From the NCBI GenBank assembly GCA_963803435.1, contig CAWDML010000009.1, forward strand, positions 512,001 through 576,000: a stretch of DNA of 64,000 bases, given 5' to 3'. Under the pieces are notes generated by a model. That model did no database searches. It had not been told where the DNA came from and saw nothing but the letters and a program-made list of their open reading frames with translations. Below, in pieces: positions 10,211-19,575 of this stretch. Source of the DNA: an uncultured delta proteobacterium. Its GTDB lineage: Bacteria; Myxococcota; Kuafuiibacteriia; Kuafuiibacteriales; Kuafuiibacteriaceae. Every line of letters starts with the position of its first letter. The stretch's first letter is position 1. A program made the translations under genes and the position numbers.

Positions 10211-11113
10211 ATGGCGCTCTCGCTCACGCTTCAACGGGTGGAGCGCTCGCGGCGGCTCCCCGCCGCCGCCTCGACCTCGGACCCGCCGGCGCCGCTCGCG
10301 TTCCCGCTGCTCCGCTCCTCCGCGGTCGTCGGGAGGATCGGGCGCTGGGTGCCGGCCGCGGCCGCCGCGCTCTGCCGCTGGGCGCAGCCGGGCGTGCGCG
10401 GATGCCTGCTATCGGCCACCCTGGTGGTGAGCCCCGGCGTCGCGCTGGCGGATCTCGCGTGCGCGCCGCTTCCTCAGGAGATCGCGTTCCGCGCCCCGCT
10501 CCCCATCACCGAGGCGTCGGTTTCGAAGGACCACGAGCTGAAGATCGTCGCCATCGGATCCTCCTCGACGGAGGGGATCGGCGATCCGACGGGGAAGGGC
10601 TATCCGGGACGGCTCGAGGAGCAGCTGGCGGCCCGTCACCCGGGCGTCCGCGTCGAGGTGATCAACGAAGGGATCGGCGGCCAGATCCTGAGCCAGCTGC
10701 TGGCGCGGTTCGACGCGGACGTCCTGCAACAGCGACCGGATCTGGTCATCGTGCAGACCGGGCCGAACGACCCCTGGCAGGGCGTGCCCGTCGAGGTCTT
10801 CGAAGACGAGCTGCGGCAGGCGGTCCTGCGCGCTCGCGAGGCCGGGATGGACATCGTCCTCCTGACGCCGCAGCCCTTCAAGGGACAGGGCCGATTCCCG
10901 AACTATACCGACTACGTCGACGCCTCCGCGAAGATCGGGGAGGAGCTCGGCGTGCCGGTCTTCGATCGCTATCGACTGATGAAGCTCTGGATGCGCGAAG
11001 GGGCCGACTTCGAGAGCATGCTGGTGGGCGACGGCCTCCACATGAATGCCGCCGCCTACGCCTGTCTCGCCGATACGCTCGCGAACGCGATCGATCGATC
11101 GATCTCGCACTGA
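10211..11113 (+). CDS. SGNH/GDSL hydrolase (start may be about 10394)
   Basis: AIGSSST, NEGIGG, QTGPND, DGLHMN blocks. Confidence 0.88.
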   Translation: MALSLTLQRVERSRRLPAAASTSDPPAPLAFPLLRSSAVVGRIGRWVPAAAAALCRWAQPGVRGCLLSATLVVSPGVALADLACAPLPQEIAFRAPLPITEASVSKDHELKIVAIGSSSTEGIGDPTGKGYPGRLEEQLAARHPGVRVEVINEGIGGQILSQLLARFDADVLQQRPDLVIVQTGPNDPWQGVPVEVFEDELRQAVLRAREAGMDIVLLTPQPFKGQGRFPNYTDYVDASAKIGEELGVPVFDRYRLMKLWMREGADFESMLVGDGLHMNAAAYACLADTLANAIDRSISH

Positions 11114-11536
11114 TCACGCCTTCCGCTGGTCTATCTCCTTGCGAAGTCGCTCCTCTTGCGCGCGTAGCTCCGGCGTGAACTCCTGGCCGAAGTCCTCGGC
11201 CTCGAACAGGGGCCGGATCTCGACCTCCTCACCTCCGTCGAACGGAGCGCGGCGCAGCCATTCGACCGCCTCCTCGATCGAGCCCACCTGCCACAGCCAG
11301 AATCCGGCGATCAGCTCCTTCGCCTCGGTGAACGGCCCGTCGATCACGGTCCTGCGCTCGCCGTCGAACCGCACGCGCTTCCCCTTCGAGGTCGGCGTCA
11401 ACCCTTCCCCCGCAAGCATCACGCCCGCCTTCACCAGCTCCTCATTGAAGCGCCCCATCTTCGTCAGCATCTCCTCGGTCGGCATCTGTCCCCGCTCGGA
11501 CTCAGCGTTGGCCTTCACCATCACCATCACTCGCAT
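11114..11536 (-). CDS. YciI/DGPF family protein
   Basis: VIDGPFTEAKELIAGFW signature. Confidence 0.93.
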   Translation of the reverse strand: MRVMVMVKANAESERGQMPTEEMLTKMGRFNEELVKAGVMLAGEGLTPTSKGKRVRFDGERRTVIDGPFTEAKELIAGFWLWQVGSIEEAVEWLRRAPFDGGEEVEIRPLFEAEDFGQEFTPELRAQEERLRKEIDQRKA

Positions 11537-11805
11537 CGTTCGTTCCTTTCTGCGGACATCGCCCGCCTACAACCGTGCATCGAACGAGCCCACCGCCGAT
11601 CGACAGGGGACTTCACTTTTTTACCCGGCAGGGGATCCGAGCCGTTCGGGGGCCGTCCCGCGCGTCGACGAAGGCCGCAGGTTCAACCGGCGGCCCACCC
11701 GCTCGGGCTCGCGGGCGCGCGGGCTCTCGTAGGGGTGAAGCTCGTCCCTCCGTCGCGGGGGAGTAGGGCGGTGACCGTGCTCCGCGACTTCGCTATAGGC
11801 GAGGC

Positions 11806-13020
11806 TTGCGCGTCCTGAGAGTCCTGCGGCGCCCGCACCTGGCGATCCTGTGGGCGGGCCAGGTCCTGTCGGCGATCGGGGACGTCTTCTACTCCATCGC
11901 GATCGTGTGGATCGCAGTTCAAGCCGTCGGGAGCTCCGCCGGCGTCGTCGCCGCCACGCAGTCGGGCGCCACCCTCCTCGCCGCACCGCTCGGCGGTATC
12001 CTCGCCGATCGACTCGACCGCCGCCGGGCGATGATCGGCGTCGACCTCGCGAGGGCGCTGATCGTGGTCACGCTCCCGATCGCGGCCTGGCTCGCCAGGA
12101 TCACGCTCCCGCACCTCATCGCCGTCGCCGTCGGGCTCGGCGTTCTGACCGCGCTGTTCACGCCCGCATTGCAAGCCAGCTTGCCCGCGCTCGCCTCGAA
12201 CCCCGATGAGCTGCAGGCGACCAACGGTCTGATGGACGCCACCCTGCGTCTCGCGCGCGCCGTCGGACCGAGCATCACCGGCGTGCTGGCGGCCCAGATC
12301 TCGGTGCCGAACTTCTTCACCATCGATGCGCTGAGCTTCGGCGCCTCCGCCCTCGCGATCGCCGCGCTGGGACGGCGCTTCGATTGGAAGCCCGCTGGCG
12401 AGCACAGCCGCTCCGGCCTGATCCGGGAGGTCGCCGGCGCGGTGCAGCTGATCCGGGGTCACCGCCCGCTCGCCTGGGCGTTCGCCGGATTGATCGTCGC
12501 CAACACCGCCTGGTTCGCGGCCTTCATCGTAGGGGGCGCGCTGTTCGCGTCGGATGTGCTCCGCGGCGACGTGGGCACCTACGGAGCCCTGGTCAGCGCC
12601 TATGGTGTCGGGAACATCGCCAGCAACCTGGTCTTCGGGAGCCTCTCGCTCCGGCGGGTCACACCGTTCCTGTTCCTGGGGCACGCCGTCGTCGGGTTTG
12701 GGTTCGTCCTGCTCTCACTGGCGCCGACGCTCCCCCTCGCCCTGGGCGCGGCCGCGCTCGCCGCGATCGGAGGACCGATCGGAGACCTCGCGTTGCTCTC
12801 CGTGATCCAGAACGAGCTCCCGCGCGCCCAGCTGGGCAAGGTGTTCAGCCTTCGTATGTGCGTCGAATACGGCGGATCCTCCGCGGGCCTCCTGATCGCC
12901 GCGCCGCTCTTCGCCCTTCTTCCGGTGCGGCTCGGGATTGCCGCGTGCGCCACGGCCATCTTGTCGTTCGGCCTGCTCGGTCTCGTCCGCTTCTGGCGCG
13001 AGCCGAGGCCCCCGGGCTGA
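11806..13020 (+). CDS. MFS transporter (macrolide-efflux/DHA3-like)
   Basis: About 12 hydrophobic segments; GGILADRLDRRR motif A. Confidence 0.9.
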   Translation: MRVLRVLRRPHLAILWAGQVLSAIGDVFYSIAIVWIAVQAVGSSAGVVAATQSGATLLAAPLGGILADRLDRRRAMIGVDLARALIVVTLPIAAWLARITLPHLIAVAVGLGVLTALFTPALQASLPALASNPDELQATNGLMDATLRLARAVGPSITGVLAAQISVPNFFTIDALSFGASALAIAALGRRFDWKPAGEHSRSGLIREVAGAVQLIRGHRPLAWAFAGLIVANTAWFAAFIVGGALFASDVLRGDVGTYGALVSAYGVGNIASNLVFGSLSLRRVTPFLFLGHAVVGFGFVLLSLAPTLPLALGAAALAAIGGPIGDLALLSVIQNELPRAQLGKVFSLRMCVEYGGSSAGLLIAAPLFALLPVRLGIAACATAILSFGLLGLVRFWREPRPPG

Positions 13021-13050
13021 GCGACCTTTGGGTCGGGCCGAGTTCGGTGC

Positions 13051-14061
13051 ATGATCGCCGGGATGGTGTCTCGCATTTCATCGCTGGTGTGGGCGAGCGC
13101 GCTCCTCTTCGCGGCCGGCTGCAAGAGCTCGGGCTCCGATGCCGATGACGGCTTGGACATGGGAAGCGGCATGCGCGACGAAGGCAGCGTCGACACCGGA
13201 GGAGGGCAGGTCGGCGACGCCCAGCCGAAGCCCGAAGCCGGCGCGAGCGAGGATGCGGGCTCTGTCGCCGATGCGGCGCCGATCACGGATTCGGGCGCCG
13301 AGGAGGACTCCGGCGTGATCGCGACGCACGGATGCGCCGGCACCCACTACAAGCTCTGCGAAGACTTCGAGAGTGCAGGGAGCGATGGAATGCCGTCGGG
13401 CTGGACGCGCGTCTTTCCGTACTGGCCAGACCCGAGCTCGGCCAACGCAGCCGAGGTCTTCGTCTCGAACGATTGACCGCATTGGGGCTCGGCCTCACTC
13501 GAGAGCACGTCCGACGTCTGCGCCCAGACCCGCGCCGAGCACGATCTGGCCGCGCTGGGCGAGACCGCCAACCATCACTGGGGCCGAGCCTTCTTCGCCG
13601 TGAACACGCCCGCACCCGAGAGCGACCGCAACGGGACCGGCTGGTACCACACGACGATGGTCGCGCTCCGCGGTGACAACAGCGGCGGCGGTGACGCCAA
13701 TGAATGCCGCGTCGTCGACATGGTGGAGAACGCGTTCGACCAGTCCGCGTCGTTCCTCTACAACGTCCCCGACGATAGCTGCTGCGATTCGACCGAGGTC
13801 ACTCCCTACACCTTCCAGTACGAGAACGTCTGGCACTGCGCCGAGTGGTATGTCGATGCCGCCTCGAACACCTACCGCTTCTTCCTCGACGGCACCGAGC
13901 TGCTGAGCTTCTCCGGTCTCACCGGGTCGAACCTCTCCTCCTGCGATCAATCCCTGTCGGTGGGCGCTCTGTGTTACGCCCCTCCGCTCAATGCGCCCCA
14001 GAACCTCACGACGTGGATCGATGACGTGGCGATCGACGACAACCGCATCGGCTGCGACTAG
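13051..14061 (+). pseudogene. Secreted lipoprotein with a lectin/Cip1-like beta-sandwich domain, interrupted by an in-frame TGA at 13474-13476
   Basis: ORFs 13051..13476 and 13600..14061 share a frame; AAGC lipobox, LCEDFES, WHCAEWYVD, WIDDVAIDDNRIGC. Confidence 0.7.
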
Positions 14062-14146
14062 CGGCTGATCGCGGCGCAACGAGTCCTGCCTCCATTGACG
14101 GCGAACGATTTCGAGCGCATTCGTCGAGAGGCAGGAGAGAAAGGCG

Positions 14147-15418
14147 ATGGAAGGACTTCCGCCAGTCATCACGTGGCCTCCACTTCAGACCTTGATGCGC
14201 CTCATGCTCGCGCTGGCGGTGGGGTTGTTCGTCGGCCTCGAGCGTGAATGGCGCGGCAAGGAAGCGGGTCTGCGCACGTTCGGCTTCGTGGCGCTACTGG
14301 GCGCGATCGGCGGGCTGCTGGGCTTGCCCTTCGCCCTGATGAGCATCGCCATGTCGAGCGTCCTCCTCCTCTTTCTCAACTGGCCGGCGATCCGGAAAGG
14401 GGAGGGCGCCGAGCTGACGACGTCGGCGGCGCTCCTGACGATCTGCTTCACCGGCGTGCTCTGCGGTCGGGGGCATACGGTCACGCCCGCCGCGATCGCG
14501 GTCGTGAGCGCGGGGCTGCTGGCCTGGAAGGAGCGAATGGCCGGCTTCAGCCACAAGCTCACGGCGGAGGAGCTGCGCTCGGCGATCCTGCTCGCGATTC
14601 TCGCTTTTGCGATCTACCCGATCCTTCCGGATCGTTCCGTGGATCCGTGGGGCCTGATCGTTCCGCGGGCAGCGTGGGTGACCGTCATCCTGGTCGCCGG
14701 CGTCGGATTCGCGAACTACGTCTTGTGGAAGATGTTCGGGACCCGTGGCATCGAGATCACCGGCTTTCTCGGCGGTCTGGTCAACAGCACCGTCACCGTA
14801 ACCGAGCTCTCCCACCGCGCCGCCGACTCCGATCCGAAGATGTCCGAGGCCGCGTATCGCGGCGTGTTGCTATCCACCGCCGCGATGGCGATTCGCAACG
14901 GTGTGCTCCTCGGCATGCTCTCGTTCCCCGCGCTCGTGGGATCGGCGATTCCGCTCGCGCTCATCCTGCTGTCGAGCATCGGCCTGGCTCTGGTCGGGCG
15001 AACCGTCGTGACGTTGGACGAGCCCGAGGGACCCGAGCTCCCCCTGAAGTCGCCGTTCTCCTTCCCCTCGGCGCTCAAGTTCGGAGTGATCTTCGTCGGC
15101 CTTCAAGTGCTGGGCACCGTGGGTCAACGGTTCATCGGTCGATTCGGCTTCTATGCGGTCAGCGCGATCGGCGGGCTCATCTCGAGCGCCTCCTCGGTGG
15201 CATCGGCCGCTTCTCTCGCCGCGCACGGAACGATCACGCCGAGCGTAGCGGGTGTGGGCGCGATCCTGGCGTCCCTCGCGAGTGCCGCGGTCAACGTGGT
15301 GCTGGTGGCGCGGGTCTCTCGCCATCGTGGGCTGACGCTGAGAGTCAGCAAAGCGATGGTGTTGGTGCTGGTGATGGGCATCGTGGGCTCCATCTTCGAG
15401 ACCAACCTCGTTCCTTGA
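14147..15418 (+). CDS. MgtC/SapB family membrane protein with DUF4010-type C-terminus
   Basis: GLEREW...AGLRTF, TTSAAL, GFLGGLVNST motifs. Confidence 0.88.
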   Translation: MEGLPPVITWPPLQTLMRLMLALAVGLFVGLEREWRGKEAGLRTFGFVALLGAIGGLLGLPFALMSIAMSSVLLLFLNWPAIRKGEGAELTTSAALLTICFTGVLCGRGHTVTPAAIAVVSAGLLAWKERMAGFSHKLTAEELRSAILLAILAFAIYPILPDRSVDPWGLIVPRAAWVTVILVAGVGFANYVLWKMFGTRGIEITGFLGGLVNSTVTVTELSHRAADSDPKMSEAAYRGVLLSTAAMAIRNGVLLGMLSFPALVGSAIPLALILLSSIGLALVGRTVVTLDEPEGPELPLKSPFSFPSALKFGVIFVGLQVLGTVGQRFIGRFGFYAVSAIGGLISSASSVASAASLAAHGTITPSVAGVGAILASLASAAVNVVLVARVSRHRGLTLRVSKAMVLVLVMGIVGSIFETNLVP

Positions 15419-15470
15419 TGAACGAGCCCGAGCCACGATCGCTCACGGGTGCTGCGGACTCTTCAGCGGC

Positions 15471-16088
15471 CTAGAAGCGCATCGAGAGCGCGAGGCTGGG
15501 TGCGCCTCCGCGAACGACCTTCTGCTGCTCCTCCCGCCACTCTCGATAGCGGTGGTTGCGGACGCCCCCCACGATCGTCATCGGAATGCCGGCAGCGAGC
15601 AGACAACCGGACGCGACGACGAGGGGCCACAGAGGCCCGGCCTCCTCGCCATCGTTCGCAAAAAAGATCGAGAGCAGCGAGCCCGTGACGACACCGATGC
15701 CCGTCATGATCGCGCCGGGGATGAGGAGACCGAGCCCGTTGCTCGGCCGGTCCAGATAGCCTCGCTGCTGGAGCCGAGGAAGGGCCCAACGCACCGGGAT
15801 CGGACGCATCATCGGGTGCGTCGATGCGACACCGTCGCGCTCGATGACGACCGGGAACATTTGTCCGTACGGCGTGCGCGACAGGACCAACGCCAGCGCG
15901 CCCTCCGAGTCGATCGTCTCCCCGTTGATCGACACGATGCGGTCGCCGGGCTTCACGTACGGGGCGGCCGGAGATCCCGAGGCGACCGCAGTGATGACGA
16001 CGCCGGCGTCCGTCGTTTCGGTCGCGATGCCGAGCTCCGGATGCGAGGCCGCCGAAAGGATCGTGATCAAGATGGTCGTGGTCAGCAT
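15471..16088 (-). CDS. PDZ domain membrane protein
   Basis: GVVITAVASGSPAAPYVKPGDRIVSINGE PDZ motif; signal peptide and two C-terminal TM segments. Confidence 0.75.
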   Translation of the reverse strand: MLTTTILITILSAASHPELGIATETTDAGVVITAVASGSPAAPYVKPGDRIVSINGETIDSEGALALVLSRTPYGQMFPVVIERDGVASTHPMMRPIPVRWALPRLQQRGYLDRPSNGLGLLIPGAIMTGIGVVTGSLLSIFFANDGEEAGPLWPLVVASGCLLAAGIPMTIVGGVRNHRYREWREEQQKVVRGGAPSLALSMRF

Positions 16089-16236
16089 TGTTTCCTCCGC
16101 GCGACCATGGATGCAGCCCGCGTGCCCGCCGGCGCGGGACGCAGTTGGATTCCATTCGTCCGGGTCGTCCGGCGTCCGTACGATTTGTCCGGACTCGTCC
16201 GGGAGCTTCAGCGCCTGCCGCGGACGTGGCGGCGCG

Positions 16237-16680
16237 TCATTGCAGTCCGTCCCACGACCATCGTGGACTGACGAGGCCCACGGGGACGTCGTCCTTGGAC
16301 GCGTGGTAGCGCGACATCGTGGTGGTGGTGGCCCAGGCGAAGTAGTCGTGCAGCACCGTCCGGAGGGGTTCGGCGGTGAGCCCCACGTCCTCGAGGGCCT
16401 GGTCGAAGCATGCGATCGCCCGGCGGTCCATCTCCTCGTGGGGGCCGTTGCCGCTGTGCGTCCGGACGACCGACGTCTCGTCTCCATGGCGATCGGAGTA
16501 GGTCGTGGGCCCGCCCAGCGCCTCGGCCCAGTAGGCCGCGAGTCGCTCGGTGTGCTGAGGATGGAATCCGTGGCTGAACGCGTGGCTGACGATCTCGTCG
16601 GCCATCACCCGATCGTGCCAGGCCGCGGCCAGGCGAAGCAGACCCTCGCTGCCGCCGGCAGCCTCATACACGCTCTCCAT
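16237..16680 (-). CDS. Group II truncated hemoglobin
   Basis: SVYEAAGG, HTERLAAYWAEALGGPTTYS motifs. Confidence 0.85.
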   Translation of the reverse strand: MESVYEAAGGSEGLLRLAAAWHDRVMADEIVSHAFSHGFHPQHTERLAAYWAEALGGPTTYSDRHGDETSVVRTHSGNGPHEEMDRRAIACFDQALEDVGLTAEPLRTVLHDYFAWATTTTMSRYHASKDDVPVGLVSPRWSWDGLQ

Positions 16681-16822
16681 GATCGAAGGACGCACCCGGC
16701 TGTTTGAAGTGTCAACAACGGAGGGCTGTGGTCGCCCGTCGATGAGGGTGACGTCAGCCGGACAGAATCCTGTAGGGTGTGGACCCAACGCTGCGGCGAA
16801 TCGATGAAACTGGAGGGCAGTC

Positions 16823-18052
16823 ATGCGGTTTCTGGTGTCGGGGGTCGGAACGCGGGGGGACGTGCAGCCTGTGTTGGCGCTGGCGGTCGAGCTGCGACGC
16901 CACGGAGGCGATGCGGTGTTGTGCGTCCCGCCCAACTTCGTGGACTGGGCGGGCGCCCTCGGGTTCGAGGCGACGCCGGTCGGGGTCGCGATGCGTGTAC
17001 CCGCGGAGAGCTCGGCGGGGACGGCGGCGGCACCGCCGCCCAAGACGAGCGACATCGCCGGGGACCTGATCGCCGACCAGTTCACGCAGCTGGCCGCCGC
17101 TGCCCGGGGCTCGGACGTGATCGTCGGCGCCGGCGCGTATCAGTTCGCCGCACGCTCCGTCGCCGAGCGACTGGACGTGCCCTATGTCAATGCGCTTTAC
17201 GCCGCCGTGTCACTGCCGACGCCGGAGCTGGCGCCGCGCCCGAATCCTGGAGAGGTGTGGCTGCCCGGTGAGCCGGAAGACAACGTTCGTCGCTGGGCCG
17301 CGGACGCCGAGACCTGGAACGCGCGCTTCCTGGACCGCATCAACGAGAACCGCGACCGCCTGGACCTGGCGCCCCTCGAGGACGTCCGGACCCACATCCT
17401 GGGTAACCGCCCGCTGCTCGCGGCCGACCCGGTCCTCGGACCGGCGCCGACGACGCCCGGAATCGAGGTGATCCAGACCGGCGCGTGGTTGCTCTCGGAC
17501 GTCGCGCCGCTCACCGAGGAGCTCGAGCTCTTCCTCGAGCAGGGCGAGCCACCCGTCTACGTCGGCTTCGGGAGCATGCCCGCGCCGCCAGCCCTGAGCG
17601 CCACGCTCATCGACGCGGTGCGTGCGGCCGGTCGGCGGGCGATCGTCTCGCGCGGATGGGCCGAGCTCGGACTCGTCGACGACGCCGGTGACTGCATCGC
17701 CGTCGGTGACGTCAACCAGCAGGCTCTCTTTCCGCGTGTGGCAACAGTCGTGCACCATGGGGGCGCCGGCACCACCACCGCCGCAGCGCGCGCCGGTGTC
17801 CCGCAGGTGGTCGTTCCGATGTTCTCGGATCAGTTCTACTGGGCCACGCGCGTGCGCGCGCTCGGCATCGGCACCTCGGTCCTCAGCCGTGACCTGCCCT
17901 CCGGCGCGCTGGCGTCCGCCCTGCGCGAAGCGCTGGCGGTGGCCGACCGCGCCCGGTCCATCGCTGCGCGGATCACCACAGACGGCGCTGCGGTCGCGGC
18001 CACGGAGATCGCGGCGCGGGCCGAACTCAGCCTTCGCACTCACGGACATTGA
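16823..18052 (+). CDS. GT1 family glycosyltransferase (sterol/glycopeptide GT-like)
   Basis: GTRGDVQP, PVYVGFGS, VVHHGGAGTT, PMFSDQFYW. Confidence 0.92.
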   Translation: MRFLVSGVGTRGDVQPVLALAVELRRHGGDAVLCVPPNFVDWAGALGFEATPVGVAMRVPAESSAGTAAAPPPKTSDIAGDLIADQFTQLAAAARGSDVIVGAGAYQFAARSVAERLDVPYVNALYAAVSLPTPELAPRPNPGEVWLPGEPEDNVRRWAADAETWNARFLDRINENRDRLDLAPLEDVRTHILGNRPLLAADPVLGPAPTTPGIEVIQTGAWLLSDVAPLTEELELFLEQGEPPVYVGFGSMPAPPALSATLIDAVRAAGRRAIVSRGWAELGLVDDAGDCIAVGDVNQQALFPRVATVVHHGGAGTTTAAARAGVPQVVVPMFSDQFYWATRVRALGIGTSVLSRDLPSGALASALREALAVADRARSIAARITTDGAAVAATEIAARAELSLRTHGH

Positions 18053-18070
18053 CCACACTCAGAAATCAGC

Positions 18071-18098
18071 TTGATTTCTCCCGGTGGGTGCTGATAAT
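18071..18098 (+). promoter_or_regulatory. Putative sigma70-type promoter of the tRNA array
   Basis: TTGATT-N16-GATAAT in an AT-richer patch directly upstream of the leader ORF. Confidence 0.55.
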
Positions 18099-18114
18099 CT
18101 CGGCACCGCTTCCA

Positions 18115-18261
18115 ATGATTAAGCTGCATCACGGAGCGCTGGCGAAACGGCGACCGCACGGCGGGCGTCTATTTTCGACCATCGCGCGCTTTGCGATGCC
18201 GAAGACGCAGTCCACCTGCGGCTTCGAGCGCAGGAACGATACAGGTCGGCCTGGGCCGTAG
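18115..18261 (+). CDS. Putative leader peptide (48 aa) of the tRNA-array attenuator
   Basis: ATG 17 nt after the -10 box; MIKLHHGALAKRRPHGGRLFSTIARFAMPKTQSTCGFERRNDTGRPGP; stop lies within the alternative hairpins. Confidence 0.5.
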   Translation: MIKLHHGALAKRRPHGGRLFSTIARFAMPKTQSTCGFERRNDTGRPGP

Positions 18262-18325
18262 ATCTGGCCTCAATTGAGGATGGATCGAAGGCCGGGCCCG
18301 AAAGGTGACCCGGCCTTTGTCGTTT
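18243..18325 (+). terminator. Attenuator-like terminator with alternative antiterminator pairing
   Basis: AAGGCCGGG(18288-96)/CCCGGCCTT(18309-17) stem then TGTCGTTT; TCTGGCCT(18263-70) can pair with either AGGCCGGG or AGGTCGG(18243-49). Confidence 0.7.
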
Positions 18326-18468
18326 CAGGGCATCGGGGCTCGACCCCTCCCTTCTCCACGAAAGCGTCCGTCGACGAGATGGATACCTACGTCCCCGCGC
18401 GTCGGAGGTTCGGGTCTCTGATAACTGAATATCGATGCCGAAGAGTGGTTACCTAAGTAGCCACCTTT

Positions 18469-18542
18469 GTCGCCGTAGCTCAATCTGGCAGAGCAAGCGC
18501 CTCTTAAGCGCGAGGTTGAAGGTTCAATTCCTTCCGGTGACA
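18469..18542 (+). tRNA. tRNA-Lys(CTT)
   Basis: GTCGCCG/CGGTGAC acceptor; loop CT-CTT-AA; GGTTCAATTCC T arm; no CCA. Confidence 0.9.
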
Positions 18543-18575
18543 CTCACGACTCCAGAACCGTAACTATCAGAAGCT

Positions 18576-18649
18576 GGGGCCATAACTCAAAGAGGTAGAG
18601 TAGCTGATTTTTAATCAGAAGGTTGTGGGTTCGATTCCCTCTGGCCCCA
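18576..18649 (+). tRNA. tRNA-Lys(TTT)
   Basis: GGGGCCA/TGGCCCC; loop TT-TTT-AA; GGTTCGATTCC. Confidence 0.9.
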
Positions 18650-18668
18650 CGACGAACATTCCCAGCGA

Positions 18669-18739
18669 TGACCGGTCGTCTAACGGCAGGACCGTGGTCT
18701 TTGAAGCCACGTGTGAGGGTTCGAGTCCCTTCCGGTCGA
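18669..18739 (+). tRNA. tRNA-Gln(TTG)
   Basis: TGACCGG/CCGGTCG; GTGGT CT-TTG-AA GCCAC. Confidence 0.9.
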
Positions 18740-18810
18740 TCAGGTGTCGTTCAACGGTAGGACTGCGGCCTCTGGAGCCGCCTATCGAGGTTCGAGTCCT
18801 CGCACCTGAA
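18740..18810 (+). tRNA. tRNA-Gln(CTG)
   Basis: TCAGGTG/CACCTGA; GCGGC CT-CTG-GA GCCGC; abuts the previous tRNA with no spacer. Confidence 0.92.
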
Positions 18811-18820
18811 TCTATCCCGA

Positions 18821-18894
18821 TCTCCGGTAGCTCAAACAGGCAGAGCGGGCGGCTGTTAACCGCCAGGTTGGGGGTTCGAGTCCCTCCCGGGGAG
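18821..18894 (+). tRNA. tRNA-Asn(GTT)
   Basis: TCTCCGG/CCGGGGA; GGCGG CT-GTT-AA CCGCC; G73. Confidence 0.92.
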
Positions 18895-18949
18895 CTCACG
18901 CTGATGTGGCGCTGTCTGCGTAGCTCGTTTGGAAGTCGAAGGCTTGTTT

Positions 18950-19023
18950 GTCCCCGTCGTCTAGCTGGCCAAGGACGCAGCCCTCTCGAGGCTGAGACCG
19001 GAGTTCAACTCTCCGCGGGGACG
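18950..19023 (+). tRNA. tRNA-Glu(CTC)
   Basis: GTCCCCG/CGGGGAC; CAGCC CT-CTC-GA GGCTG. Confidence 0.9.
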
Positions 19024-19026
19024 TGC

Positions 19027-19098
19027 GGTGGCGTGGCCAAGTGGAAAGGCGTCGGTCTGCAAAACCGAAGATCGCCGGTTCGACTCCGGCCGTCACCT
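19027..19098 (+). tRNA. tRNA-Cys(GCA)
   Basis: GGTGGCG/CGTCACC; TCGGT CT-GCA-AA ACCGA; U73. Confidence 0.93.
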
Positions 19099-19101
19099 CG
19101 A

Positions 19102-19176
19102 GCTCCTGAACGCGAAGTGGCACGAGCGACCAGGCCTTCAACCTGGACCCAGCGGGTTCGAGTCCCGCCAGGAGTA
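19102..19176 (+). tRNA. Atypical tRNA-Glu(TTC)
   Basis: GCTCCTG/CAGGAGT; CCAGG CC-TTC-AA CCTGG (C33); A8 instead of U8; intact T arm. Confidence 0.7.
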
Positions 19177-19201
19177 TGGGGGTCACTTGAAGACGATGGA
19201 T

Positions 19202-19275
19202 CGGGATGTAGCGAAGGCTGGTATCGCGCCTCGTTCGGGACGAGGAGATCGTCGGTTCGAATCCGGCCATCCCGA
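19202..19275 (+). tRNA. tRNA-Pro(CGG)
   Basis: CGGGATG/CATCCCG; CCTCG TT-CGG-GA CGAGG. Confidence 0.93.
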
Positions 19276-19343
19276 TTCTGAAGATCACGCCATCGACCGT
19301 GTCGCTTCCCGAGCGCTCACTGGGCCGGATCCAACGCTTTCAC

Positions 19344-19415
19344 CCGCGCATCGTCTACGGGTGTGGACACTCGTCTGATAAGCGAGAGGTCGAGGTTCGA
19401 CTCCTCGTGCGCGGA
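19344..19415 (+). tRNA. tRNA-Ile(GAT)
   Basis: CCGCGCA/TGCGCGG; CTCGT CT-GAT-AA GCGAG. Confidence 0.85.
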
Positions 19416-19426
19416 TCCCGAGACGT

Positions 19427-19499
19427 GCAGGTGTATCTCAATTGGTAGAGAGCTTCGTTGCCAACGAAGAGGCTGTCGGTTCGAGTCCGATCATCTGCT
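19427..19499 (+). tRNA. tRNA-Gly(GCC)
   Basis: GCAGGTG/CATCTGC; CTTCG TT-GCC-AA CGAAG; U73. Confidence 0.93.
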
Positions 19500-19500
19500 T

Positions 19501-19573
19501 GTGCATGGAGGTTGAGCGGTCGAGCACCAGCCGGTGTCGCTGGTGTATGCCGGTTCGAGTCCGGTGATGCACA
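19501..19573 (+). tRNA. Atypical or pseudo tRNA-His(GTG)
   Basis: GTGCAT/ATGCAC acceptor with a G:G mismatch; ACCAGC CG-GTG-TC GCTGGT; canonical T arm. Confidence 0.55.
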
Positions 19574-19575
19574 TC

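Noticed and set aside
13474-13530. Selenocysteine codon with SECIS
   Set aside because: No redox-motif context and no convincing SECIS hairpin; the position fits an Arg codon mutation
19102-19176. Possible tRNA-Sec or opal suppressor (TCA within the loop)
   Set aside because: The 5-bp stem and 7-nt loop place TTC at positions 34-36; there is no long variable arm or extended acceptor stem
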